The notes below the pieces were generated by a model, which saw only the letters and a list, made by a program, of their open reading frames with translations, was not told the origin of the DNA and ran no database searches. Below, piece by piece: positions 38,101 through 47,092 of a stretch of 64,000 nt of DNA. Source of the stretch: Veleropilina oligotropha (taxonomy: Eukaryota); the NCBI GenBank assembly GCA_048128005.1, contig JBEUKZ010000115.1, positions 124,001 through 188,000 of the forward strand. Direction: 5' to 3'. Position numbers and translations under genes: made by a program. Position 1 is the stretch's first letter. Each line of letters starts with the position of its first letter.

Positions 38101-38475
38101 TTTCTTGTCAATTCTATTTGCATGATGTCAGTTTTACATGGTGTATATATATATTGTATATATTTTATTTCTATTTTTATTTTAATGCTTATAGTTTTGA
38201 GGGCCTTATGGGAGATTAGCTACATTGTAGCTAAATAAGTTACCTTCTTGAAATAAAGTATATTATTATTATTATTATTATTAGAAACACTTCCCTATTT
38301 AACGAAATAAATATAACATCAACTAACAACATCGTCTACATCTTCTGCATTTGGATATATACAAACCGACACAAAATGGCAGTGATCGCCATTTCCTATG
38401 TGGGGATCTAGCGGCTTGTTAAACGGGATACATGGATTAAACGAGTAGTTCCACCCTCCATACGCAGCGGTAAAT
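7907..38475 (-). CDS. Receptor-like protein kinase: MRH/M6PR-like ectodomain + TM + TKL/TK-like kinase (13 exons found, 5' end missing)
   Basis: Exons 38475-38367, 34194-34070, 27737-27629, 26038-25960, 25306-25160, 24594-24417, 24277-24131, 23151-22995, 14447-14337, 11573-11504, 9028-8841, 8448-8320 and 8011-7907. All are GT-AG with matching phases and give one open frame of 550 codons with all kinase subdomains. Confidence 0.9.
8320..8448 (-). CDS. Kinase subdomains X-XI exon (GGRPLIP..LMRSCWVPEPEARPTFKQ)
   Basis: CW..RPTF motif; tctag/gtcaaa splice sites. Confidence 0.93.
8841..9028 (-). CDS. Kinase subdomains VIII-IX exon (TIRWSAPE..CDVYSFGITMWE)
   Basis: APE and DVYSFG motifs; ttccag/gtaagc splice sites. 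Confidence 0.94.
9113..11254 (+). mobile_element. Helentron-associated non-autonomous element with ~137-bp internal tandem repeats
   Basis: TGTATCCCCC near the 5' end; 3' hairpin GTATCCCCCG..CGGGGGATAC; GCCATCTTGGAGGTC core recurs about every 137 bp. Confidence 0.7.
9831..10956 (+). mobile_element. hAT-like deletion derivative with 6-bp TSD (hAT6-like)
   Basis: TIR CAGGCATGTGAAC / GTTCACATGCCTG; TSD CCAATG (9825-9830, 10957-10962); remnant ORF MPKRARSP..RQTHFQASWIGEF at 10489-10620. Confidence 0.82.
11504..11573 (-). CDS. Kinase subdomain VII exon (VCDFGITKFIQPLRDGCQIDNCF)
   Basis: DFG motif; ttttag/gtaagt splice sites; phases 0/1 fit both neighbours. Confidence 0.93.
11952..14370. repeat. 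~70/88-bp minisatellite array (~30 units, 246-bp higher-order period) overlapping the kinase exon end and 5' splice site
   Basis: Unit GGCAGGCCCTACCTTGACCTGGCTGCTATCGTTGATAAGGATATTGTTGTATTTGTATCCCATCCACAGT. The ORF track repeats at 12247 and 12493 (246 bp apart). Confidence 0.95.
14337..14447 (-). CDS. Kinase subdomain VIa/VIb exon (CQQTVDGMVHLHSIKPPLLHRDLRCANILINDSSQVK)
   Basis: HRD catalytic loop; cgcag/gtaggg splice sites; 37 codons. Confidence 0.94.
14672..14944. mobile_element. Penelope-like element remnant: 105-bp inverted repeat with 12-bp flanking duplication
   Basis: Arms 14707-14811 and 14842-14946 are reverse complements; TGTTTTAAGACA lies at 14660-14671 and 14945-14956; GAC..GGTCGAAACGTCG motif as in Penelope pLTRs. 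Confidence 0.65.
15404..22291. mobile_element. Nested cluster of Helentron/HINE-like non-autonomous elements
   Basis: Several AACAAG/AACTAG starts (15779, 16991, 18984), (GGAC/AGAC)n microsatellites and terminal hairpins (17450-17490, 21030-21060, 22260-22290). Internal boundaries are approximate. Confidence 0.6.
19405..20810. repeat. ~150-bp satellite-like array (~9 units) inside a HINE-like element
   Basis: AAAATGGCCACCACGGCGGCCATCTTGAATC recurs about every 150 bp. Confidence 0.88.
22995..23151 (-). CDS. Kinase subdomains IV-V exon (RHRNIIAVIGMC..PYIISEYFEG..SWPTRVKI)
   Basis: Kinase motifs; tttag/gtaagt splice sites. Confidence 0.93.
23701..24034 (-). mobile_element. tRNA-derived SINE
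   Basis: A box TGGCTCAGTGG and B box GGTTCAATCCC on the minus strand; (TTA)n tail. Confidence 0.7.
24131..24277 (-). CDS. Kinase subdomains I-III exon (LGGGTFGDTY..VTLKR..NEISFI)
   Basis: Gly loop, beta-3 Lys and alphaC Glu; gcag/gtcagt splice sites. Confidence 0.92.
24417..24594 (-). CDS. Receptor kinase juxtamembrane exon
   Basis: catccag acceptor, gtattg donor; bridges phase 1 to phase 2 and ends IPHSELSMKQ just before subdomain I. Confidence 0.85.
24666..25003 (+). mobile_element. tRNA-derived SINE with L2-like 3' tail
   Basis: A box TGGCTCAGTGG, B box GGTTCAATACC, CCTTGGGCAAGG core, GCGCAATATAAAT..(ATT)n tail. Confidence 0.75.
25160..25306 (-). CDS. Receptor kinase transmembrane exon (VFLLIVVGVVIGLLLLTAVIAAMCY)
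   Basis: ttatag acceptor, gtgaga donor; 25-residue hydrophobic run followed by SKQ. Confidence 0.9.
25960..26038 (-). CDS. Receptor kinase exon (YAELRHLCCCPGACDNSSAVTLAESK)
   Basis: tttcag acceptor, gttaga donor; MRH-like C-terminal CxCPGxC. Confidence 0.85.
26399..26833 (+). mobile_element. Non-autonomous HINE-like element with (TA)n core (copy 1)
   Basis: TGTCTTGAC / GTCAAGACA sub-terminal inverted repeat. An inverted copy lies at 31997-32466 and a partial copy at 59751-59835. Confidence 0.75.
26897..27428. repeat. 38-bp minisatellite, 14 near-identical copies
   Basis: Unit AACCCTGCCATCACCGGACAGTTACGGG(G/T)AACTGTGAC. Confidence 0.97.
27629..27737 (-). CDS. Receptor kinase exon (SIRNKKTIITLICDESRVSPDEGEFTVSNNIGKGHI)
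   Basis: tttcag acceptor, gtaggt donor; TxIxLxCD motif of MRH folds. Confidence 0.85.
28416..28571. repeat. 26-bp minisatellite, 6 copies
   Basis: Unit TTACCACTCTAGATCTACTACACGGT. Confidence 0.93.
29185..29326. repeat. 45-bp tandem repeat, 3 copies
   Basis: Unit AGAAAACATGACACTATAAAGACCATTGAAGACTAGTGTAAATAA. Confidence 0.93.
31511..33372 (-). pseudogene. DUF3504/ZMYM-KCTD1-like tyrosine recombinase, frameshifted and interrupted
   Basis: LDQLLSKFFVSVRQKNGQEYEPTTL, WFNNILLNGMRGG.EHRAL.WGD, YNERQTKTRTG, RCPI, TNTSVRK..ITGHKN..SLHNY. Several frameshifts plus the insertion at 31997-32466. Confidence 0.85.
31997..32466 (-). mobile_element. HINE-like element (copy 2) inserted in the Crypton YR gene
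   Basis: Reverse-complement homolog of 26399-26833, inserted in a T run. Confidence 0.8.
33662..33930 (-). mobile_element. tRNA-derived SINE with 14-bp TSD
   Basis: TSD AGATAGACTTTGAG at 33648-33661 and 33931-33944; B box GGTTCAATACC; (CCCT)n tail. Related copies at ~30210-30460 (-) and ~34335-34556 (+). Confidence 0.8.
34070..34194 (-). CDS. Receptor kinase exon (VCIYAEQNKKLFHYTAGIQKSAHFIVKDDNSSVIQLVFNGL)
   Basis: tttcag acceptor, gtaaga donor; phases 0/2 match both neighbours. Confidence 0.85.
34799..38283 (+). mobile_element. L2/CR1-group LINE, near-complete ORF2 (APE endonuclease + RT), antisense in a kinase intron
   Basis: LGLCETFL, VYRPP, MGDFNID, LIDH, SDH (APE); YRPISIL, QSGFR, DFKKAFD, GVPQGSILG, YADDTT (RT). 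Frameshift ~36400, stop at 37081; AATAAA and (TAT)n tail. Confidence 0.93.
38367..38475 (-). CDS. Receptor kinase exon (ectodomain: FTAAYGGWNYSFNPCIPFNKPLDPHIGNGDHCHFVS)
   Basis: tgtttcag acceptor, TCG|GTTTGT donor; YSFNPC motif typical of MRH-type domains; joins in phase 0 to VCIY. Confidence 0.8.
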
Positions 38476-38605
38476 CTGAAACATACACGAACAATGAGTA
38501 TTTCCACCCTCCATATGCAGCGGTAAATCTGAAACATACAAGAACAATGCATATAGTTCCATCCCTCCATACGCAGCGGTAAATCTGAAACATACAAGAA
38601 CAATG
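38446..38605. repeat. Triplicated 53/56-bp unit containing the kinase-gene 3' splice site
   Basis: On the minus strand TGTATGTTTCAG|ATTTACCGCTGC(G/A)TATGGAGGG occurs three times (exon starts would be 38584, 38528, 38475). Confidence 0.93.
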
Positions 38606-40613
38606 TCTTAGCTCCAGGCAATTTACAGGCGAGTCAGACGTCCACCAGCTATGCTGCGCAACGATGCATCAGTGAAATATTACATTCAGGTGTGTATGTA
38701 TTTATCCATTTGAAGTCATCAAGAATCACACTAAAGTGAAACAATTATTAAATGTTATCTCATTCGACTTTTGGCACAGTCAGGAAGGACATATTATATT
38801 AATGCTATTGAATTTCTGCCTTTTAGTAATGACACAAAATTGTGTTACCAAAATTGTGAACGAACCACATAGCAATTCTGCTGCGGAAAGCTATTAGTGG
38901 CGAGAACCAGACCATAGACTCACTATCACCCTGATATGGCTTTCAGTTGTCACATATAACAGGGTTGGATCAGACCACCATGCTCAGATGTCTGACAAGG
39001 TCAATTAGGTACAAGATCAATGCAGAGATCATGGATATAATACATCAGAGCACCATCCCTGACAGTGGAGGGATGAGAACTGAATGTTGCCCCTGACAGA
39101 ACGTGCTTGCATGGGGTCCTGGGTCAATTCCAAAAGAGGCTCACCAAGAGCAACCCAGTGAATTATACGGAAAACTTCTGAGGCTCTAACATGTCAAGGC
39201 GGTGCAGATCTCATTCTTTCTGGCCACCATCGAGGTCATGCTGTTAGAGATGGAGCCGTAGCTTAGTGGCTACGATGTTGAATTCGAGGTATCTGAGTTC
39301 GATGTCAGAGAGTGCAGAGAATTTGTCACAGGTACAGTATACCTTGTCTGCATTGCACACAGTATCCATCTATCAGACATGTCAGATAAAGTAGAGACGT
39401 TAAACCGGGGCCCCGACTACACACTCGCATGAAAATTATTCAAATCAAGGGTGCAAGGCATATTTCCTATAATACATATGTTATTCATAAATAGTATCAA
39501 ACCAGCAGATGTAATCACCACACACTAACACTAGTAGGTTGAATTTATTCTAATAATATAGTTACTAGCTGCATAACCATAGTTACATTATCTAACTCTA
39601 AAGTATGTGCAACTCTGAAATATCTTACGTGCATAAATATATATTGCATTTAATGCACCAACAACACAAATACTAGGAGCTGCAGCTCTAGCCTTGGCCC
39701 CACGTGATCCGAGTTATTATTGCATCGTAGCAAAGCTATTACCAAACAATTGGTATAAGTTTACGCATCTACAACGTGAGTACCTTATATAAGTTAAGTG
39801 CTGGTGCTAATGAACAAAATCAACACTTCAAACAGCTCTATGCGTCATTTTGACAGTCAACAGGTTGAGCTGCACTTTAGTTAATTAATTAATATATTCA
39901 TAGGAAGCCCGGCTCTAGCTATTCGTCTCGCAATAAACACAAATGGGAAATGATTTTCTTGATATAAAATTTGATATATATATGGGTTACCGGTACTCTA
40001 GAATTGGTGATCAGGTGTCTCTGACAGGTGGCAACATGACTTGGGTGACAGCTCTGTCAAAATACGTTATACCAATAAACAGACACGTGAATTGCTTTAA
40101 ATACTAATCCTGCCTTCACATAATATGCCACAAACTCATTCATATAATGTTATCGATTTCAGTAGCCTATTGGGTTTTTGGTGTACAAAACTTATTAACC
40201 CAGTATAAATATGTCAATTCTCCTCAATAAGCAGAATTCATAAGCTCTATGACAGTAAAATATATCTAGCATATGCTATATACTGTATATATTGTAATTC
40301 TGGTTGCCAAGCTTTGAGAGGAGTTTATATTTCGAAAGTCACAAAACATACAGCTGATTACTTTCACATTTCAAAAATTAAAAACTTTATTTACCAAATG
40401 TTTTCTTTAATTAAATGCAGCTATTGAGTACATACATCTAGTCGTCATTGCCGATTAGATCAGCAGATCTCTTCACTTCAGCTTTATATACACTGTATTA
40501 GCTTTTAAATTGGCACACTCGATAATTTGACACTAAGATTGCAAAGATCCTTCGCGCGGCGGCATAAAAAATCCGACTTCAAGAAACACCAACTGCGTAT
40601 TTATATATAATAT

Positions 40614-41067
40614 AGGTTATATACGAGGTTTGGTTGTTTAATCGGAGAAGCCTGCAGTTACGAGGGGCGCAGGGAGAAGCCTGCAATTAGTAAGCCGCGA
40701 GGGGCGCAGGGAGAAGCCTGCAGTTAGTAAGCCACGAGGGGTGCAGGGAGAAGCCTGCAGTTAGTAAGCCATGAGGGGCACAGGGAGAAGCCTGCAATTA
40801 GTAAGCCACATGGGGCACAGGGAGAAGCCTGCAGTTAGTAAGCCACGAGGGGCACAGGGAGAAGCCTGCAGTTAGTAAGCCACGAGGGGCGCAGGGAGAA
40901 GCCTGCAGTTAGTAAGCCATGAGGGGCACAGGGAGAAGCCTGCAATTAGTAAGCCACAAGGGGCACAGGGAGAAGCCTGCAGTTAGTAAGCCACGAGGGG
41001 CACAGCGTCGAGTTGTTCAACTGCACAGGCTTCTCTTATTAGACAACAAAATCTGAGTGATATAACC
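40614..41067. repeat. 37-bp minisatellite (~10 copies) inside an imperfect inverted repeat
   Basis: Unit GGGAGAAGCCTGCAGTTAGTAAGCCACGAGGGGCACA. Arms are GGTTATAT..TTGTTTAAT..GAGAAGCCTG and CAGGCTTCTC..ATTAGACAA..ATATAACC. Confidence 0.88.
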
Positions 41068-43343
41068 GACATAAATCATTGCAAAAATGTACAATAATTT
41101 AGAATATATGATTTTGATAATCTAATATGATTAGGTAAATCACGAGCCAAGACAATAGAATGATGTCAATGGTTTAAGTTAAAGCAGATAATTTTAAGTT
41201 CTGTACCTACTGGCAGCTCCATGAGATATCAACCTTTTAATAGGCAAAGTTGGTAAATGTAGTATAAGTTTTATTACTGTGATTATGATTTGGTTTGCAA
41301 CATTTTAACTTCATGGATATGTAACGTTACATGTGTGCAACAAGACAATCCAAGATTGCAAACCTTCACCCCGATAGGTAAAGAACATTTGATGTCAATG
41401 TATTCATTGAAACTAGGTGCCGGCATGTTGTTTGTTCAAATCCATTGTAGGTAAATCACAGAAATGAAAGCTTTAAATTCCACATTGATTCACTTTCACT
41501 CGAGTAGACTCACTAGTAACTGAATTTTTGCACTTGAGTAAATTAGTTGTTGTCACAGCACAACTGTTTGTTTTTACAACGAAGTTCATGCAAACTAGAT
41601 CAGTGGCTTGTTTAACAAAAACAAAGTAGATCAGTGGTTTGCAAAAACAACAAACAAGGTTAGCCACTGAGGACAATAGTGCCATGTTGCCAAGCAATGT
41701 GTGAAATGATCCAGAACAGTTAAAACATTGAGCAGCTTGGATGACATTCTATCAAGGTCTCTGTGTGGTATCAATTTATCTCGCAACCCACACCATATTA
41801 TCAAAGCAAACACAGAGCGAGCCTGGGGTCAGTAGAAATGATTTTTACAGAGGAATAGATTTTTACCTGCGTCTAGCACGGTCAATGAATGGTACATGTT
41901 GTTGTTCTTCTTGGGGGGAAGACAATTTTGAAATGATTTCAACCAGATCTTCCACCTTTTAGGCGACTTCGACAACAAGCCAATTTGAAAAAAGTGCATG
42001 ACCACTTGATGTATGAATTGAGAGATGCTGCCTAACAGAATAGCAAATTACCATGACAGCCTCTTTGATGAATAAATATTAAATCATACAGAAACGTGGT
42101 CTGTATTATATGTATCACACATGTTTCACAGTAGTAAAAGAGGTATAACAGTTAAACATTTTAAGATTTTGCATACTTTATTAAATTATAATTAATCAAC
42201 TTTATTATAGTTAACTAAATCTGTCAAAGGGGCGTCAAAGGGGCGTAACTCTTGAAAACCAATTTGTGAATTCTATGAAATTATACAGAAACATGGTCTG
42301 TATTATATGTATCACACATGTTTCACAGTAGAAATTTTGCTTATGACGCAGGTTATTGCACACATTCTGTGCTTGTTAAGTCTTAAAATTAGAAATTGCG
42401 TAATAAAAGATGCATCCGCTTTTCGAATCCGACCATCTTTGAGGAGGATCGAGCGTAGGGTGGACCCTATCCCATGTGAAAAAACAGTTGATCGGAGTAA
42501 CAGTTGTCGAGATATGCTCGCTGACAGACAGACACACAGATAGACAAACCGACTCGATTGCAATACCTTCTCTCACCACTACATGGGCAAAGGTAATAAC
42601 TGCTTAGGTGTCCCTGTCTGTCCTTTGTGTCCGTCTCTTGTGTCTTTATCTGTCCGAGTCAAATCATTATCTTCATTAATATTGCTACATGTATATATAC
42701 ATAAGGTGACACTACCTGTAAAGGAACAATCTTTTCTGACTCAAGTGTCATCCTTCCTTTCATTATATTTGTCCTTCACACTATTATAATTTGTAAAAAT
42801 TAATATTGAAAGGTAAATAAATATCTATCTATCAATATATACCACGACATGTCCATAATCTCGTTGGATGAAAGTCTGTTCGCCCAGAATGCACTGCACT
42901 TATTATACCCTCATTAGCTTAATCACAACTGGAGACAATACAATACGTCGTTTTCCTATCATTTCTGTCTTCATTCCTTGTAATCAGCTGCATTGTTGTG
43001 GACCGCGTTTATCGCCTGACGTAACACCAGGTGTAATTCTTACGCATCCATATCGCGCTATCAGTAACGCTGCATGAAGTAGCGCCCAGATATGATATTC
43101 ATTTCAAAGTTGACTGTCACTGATATTCGGGAGCTAACCACCATGCTGGCCCAGAATCAAATCACCTATCGCTGTGGTCCCAAATATATATGTTATCCAT
43201 CTGACATTCAACATGGACAAACAAATGCTGATTACATTGAAATCTAAGATGAATCCATGCAAACATTTTTTTCTGTCGCTACTGTTTATATACAGAAATA
43301 AATGATATGAAAGTAATACCACTTTTACCCACGATCCTGACTC

Positions 43344-44404
43344 CCCTTACAGACAAAACAGGCCTCCTGCAACACTATCGGATAGTATTGCTGTTGTACA
43401 ACCGTTGTATCGCTATTTACCATGCAAATTAGCGTTGCGGATATACAACATGTAGTATCGCTGTTGTACAACTGCAACAAATGTTCCCATTGTACAGCTG
43501 CAATACTAGCTGCATGTCTGGAATTGTCGTCTAGACGCTTCTTCTTGTAAGAAAGAATATAAGTGCTGATTTATATAATTAGATATTAAATTGTATGGTA
43601 ATCTGATAAACTTGTCTCTGATTTCACTAATACAGTGATTAATTAATATGCAAGCCATAATTTTATCATTCAAATGTATACCAGATTCGCTCTTGAATTT
43701 ACTACATGTAGCATTTTAATATCATAAATGCTATCATGTCACAGTATAACCCCCAAAATAATTGACAGACAATGGGTAATATGCAAGTGCAGTGAAGCCA
43801 GCTATTTATCATTCATATGTATATTCATACCTATAGCTTTATACTCTTGAAGTTACTAGGAACATATATTTTTAAAATACCAATGTACAGAGTATTATGA
43901 AATGAGACAAATATTCAGTTATTTTATTCAATATTATATATCATACTATTTCATAGAATAAGATCATTGCAGATATTAATATTATATAAATGTTGAACCT
44001 ATAGGTACTCCTGGATTCCTACATACAAGCTACTTTCCTCTAGCTGTATTATGTATGTACATCACTGTGAGATCTAATTTATACAAACTTGGCTTAAATT
44101 TCACAGACCTGGCTATTATATTATATATATAATCAATACATATCCTACCTTCTATTGCTGCGAAATATGAAAATGGTTGCTGTCTGTTCTATTTTGGCGG
44201 GTAATAGTCACATGATTATTGCTGGTGTACACCAGCAACAATGACTGTTGCTGATGTACACCGGCAACAGTTCACTATATATAGCAGGTGTGTAACAATT
44301 AACAGTTACCCACTGAAGATACTCTCCTGCAACACATTTGTATTGCGGGTGACCATCAGGAATACACCATATGTACAGCGCCAACAATAAGTGGTCTGTA
44401 AGGG
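43344..44404. mobile_element. Non-autonomous TIR element, EnSpm/CACTA-like (CCC termini, 2-bp TSD)
   Basis: TIR CCCTTACAGAC / GTCTGTAAGGG; TC on both flanks. Confidence 0.65.
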
Positions 44405-44518
44405 TCTAACAGTAAAACCACATATTGCACACATTAAGCATGTTAAGTATTATAACATTCTATTACAACAAACATTTTCTTTACTTATGATTTGCTTCTT
44501 TTGTAATTGTTGTAATAA

Positions 44519-44596
44519 ACCCCACCGTCCCTACAGATAATAGACCCCACCGTCCCTACAGATAATAGACCCCACCATCCCTACAGATAATAGACC
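44519..44596. repeat. 25-bp minisatellite, left part (3 copies)
   Basis: Unit GACCCCACCGTCCCTACAGATAATA; continues at 51809. Confidence 0.92.
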
Positions 44597-44845
44597 CAGG
44601 CATGTGATGTAATATTTTCTATGGTAACCTACCGTAGGTCTCGCAAAATTCCTCATGGTAACCTACCAGTGGGTTACGCAAATTAAAAGTAGGTAACCCA
44701 TGGGTTACCTATGGTAACCTACCAATAACAAATTTAAAAATTTCATTCATATTTGTCTTTGCATTCATTAGCTGTTGTTCAGTAATGAATAATACATATT
44801 AAAATACATATTTTTCATTTAAAAAAAAAACAATTATTATATTTA

Positions 44846-45147
44846 CTAGCATTGGTACCCGTCTCCGCCGGGTAAGTCCCCCCAGCCCAAATTTTTTTTT
44901 TTTTTTTTTGGATAGTGCTCCCTTTTTATTTTATTTTTTTTTTCTCCATTATATTAAAAATGATAGTAAATTTTTTTTTTTTTGGCGAATTTTCCGAATT
45001 TTTTTCGTGGTAAACCTTCCTTGGGGGACCCCGATTAACCCCCCAAAGTTTGAAGGTCCTAGGTCAAAGCGTCTGGGAGGAGTTCAACTTGAAACAGACA
45101 GACAGACAGACAGACCCACATACAATTATAGCTCCATTATATTAAGA
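44846..45147 (-). mobile_element. Non-autonomous Helitron (302 bp)
   Basis: Minus strand begins TC, ends with hairpin TACCCG..CGGGTA then CTAG, and sits between A and T. Confidence 0.8.
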
Positions 45148-45560
45148 TGAATGTTGGAAAAAACTCATTTTTTAAATAAATTTATACTAAAAATATGAAT
45201 TTTATTTTGTTACATTAATTATCACTAATTACTTTACAGCAAATCTTTGTCAAATTTTTAAAATATGAATAATTTCCTTTTTTACTTGTCTGATAGTAGT
45301 TAAGTGTAGAACTCAGTTTTTCCGTTACATACTAACGATGATACATTATCATAAGAACTGAAAGGAACTCAGTTTTCATACCATACAAATTGGGTGCTCC
45401 CATGAAAAGAGGAAAATAATAAATGAATAAAATTAATGGCGGTTGAAGCACACCATGGGTGCGTTCCTTTCGCTTGTGCAGACCATGTACCAAATGTTAT
45501 ACTCCCTGTGGCGAATGGAATAGACCAGTACATGTTGGTAACAGGAAGCTTCATTTCAAA

Positions 45561-47092
45561 ATGGCGAACATTGCAGCACTTTTGTTGCTAGAACAAGATA
45601 TGAATGCCGAAATCGACGATACCGATACCACAAACGATGACATACATACCACAATCATTGCATGTATTGCTGCCGCATTGTAAGTCTCGATTTATAAACT
45701 GATTTAGTTATTTGTAGATGCCATCTTGTAATATCAGCATAAGAAATCCAATAAACCACAACGTTCGATACAGTATTTGAAAACTTTGATTTATGGAAAT
45801 GGGATGAAGTAATTTTACATGTAGCCACCACACAATCTTCTGAACGAATGTACCCTTAGGGAGGCATCTTGAAGTATTTTAAATACGTCACTGATTGTGA
45901 TAAAATTTAAAGATTTGTGAATGTGTATTATTAATTATTGAAGAAAATCTATATATTTTAGTTAAAATATCACAACATTACCTATTTATTACCATGGAGT
46001 CAGCAGTGAATCATTTAATATTTGTCGACTTTTGTGGCTAGATTACTTGCAAAGTGCATTCTTATTTTTGTAGGTACAGAGTAGACAAGACTCGAGTATC
46101 AGGATATGTGGAAACAGTTGTTCCATACTACAGTAATGAAAGTTTTCGTAGAAAGTTTCGAGTGTCCAGGGCAACTTTCAATGTAATGCATAATTACGTA
46201 AAAAGACTACCTGAATTGCAATGTGAAGGAGATGGGGGAAGGGAAAATATTTCCACAGAAAAACAACTTTTGTTGACACTGGTATATGGGCTGTTCGGAC
46301 AATATAGATAAAACTGCAGATCGTTTTGGGGTGTCAGAATCTTCTGTTATACGTTGTCGAAACAGAGTTGTGAAGGCAATACTCAAGCATCTCAAGTGTA
46401 GATTTATATTTTGGCCCAAGATAGCAGATATGCAAATTGTTGTTGATAGCTTTGCCGAGCGAAATGGATTTCCTGGCATCGTTGGTGCATTAGATGGGAC
46501 ACATATAGAAATAAAAACACCTGGTGTAAATGGAGCATCGTACATTAATCGCAAAGGTTATGCATCGTTACAACTACAAGCTGTTTGTAATCATGAAATG
46601 ATTTTCACAGATGTGTTTGCTGGCTTTCCTGGCAGCTGTCATGACGCCAGGGTTCTAAGAAATTCGGATTTGTGGGAAGATGGTTTGCAGTTATGCAACA
46701 ATGTCAACAATATTTTAGCTGATGCAGCTTACCCTTTGCGCAGATGGCTCATGACTCCTTATCGCGACAATGGGCACTTAACTCCACAACAGAAGAGGTT
46801 TAACTTTAACCTGTCAGTAAACCGTGTTGTGATTGAAAGAGCATTTGGATTATTGAAAGGCCGTTTCAGAAGACTTCGCTTCCTGGACACACAGAAGATT
46901 GAAACAGCAGTGGACGTCATCGTAGTGTGTTGCATCCTACATAACATTTGCATCATGCATCATGACGAGGTTGATGATTTTATGAGTCGAGATGAGTATG
47001 CAGGCAATGTTGTTGCTAACAATGCAGTTATTCAAGAGCAAGATGGTGAAGGTGCATTGAAGAGAATTGCTATTACTAGGATGTTTGAATAG
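45561..47092 (+). pseudogene. Harbinger DDE transposase (HARBI1-like), 2 exons, one frameshift
   Basis: Exon 1 45561-45679 (gtaagt), exon 2 from 46074 (ttgtag). FRVSRATF, ADRFGVSES, GALDGTHI, GSCHDARV, ADAAYP, IERAFGLLKGRF. Frameshift ~46283. Confidence 0.9.

Noticed and set aside
41866..41955. Candidate missing upstream exon of the kinase gene (phase-2 donor GTAAAA)
   Set aside because: Poor acceptor, upstream in-frame stop, and no Cys or signal-peptide character expected for the start of an MRH domain.
43165..43280. Another candidate upstream kinase exon (QCNQHLFVHVECQMDNIYIWDHSDR)
   Set aside because: Weak donor and no convincing MRH or signal-peptide motif; cannot be supported without transcripts.
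45561..47092. Domesticated HARBI1 host gene
   Set aside because: Frameshifted, flanked by TIRs, paired with a Myb partner and nested inside another transposon.
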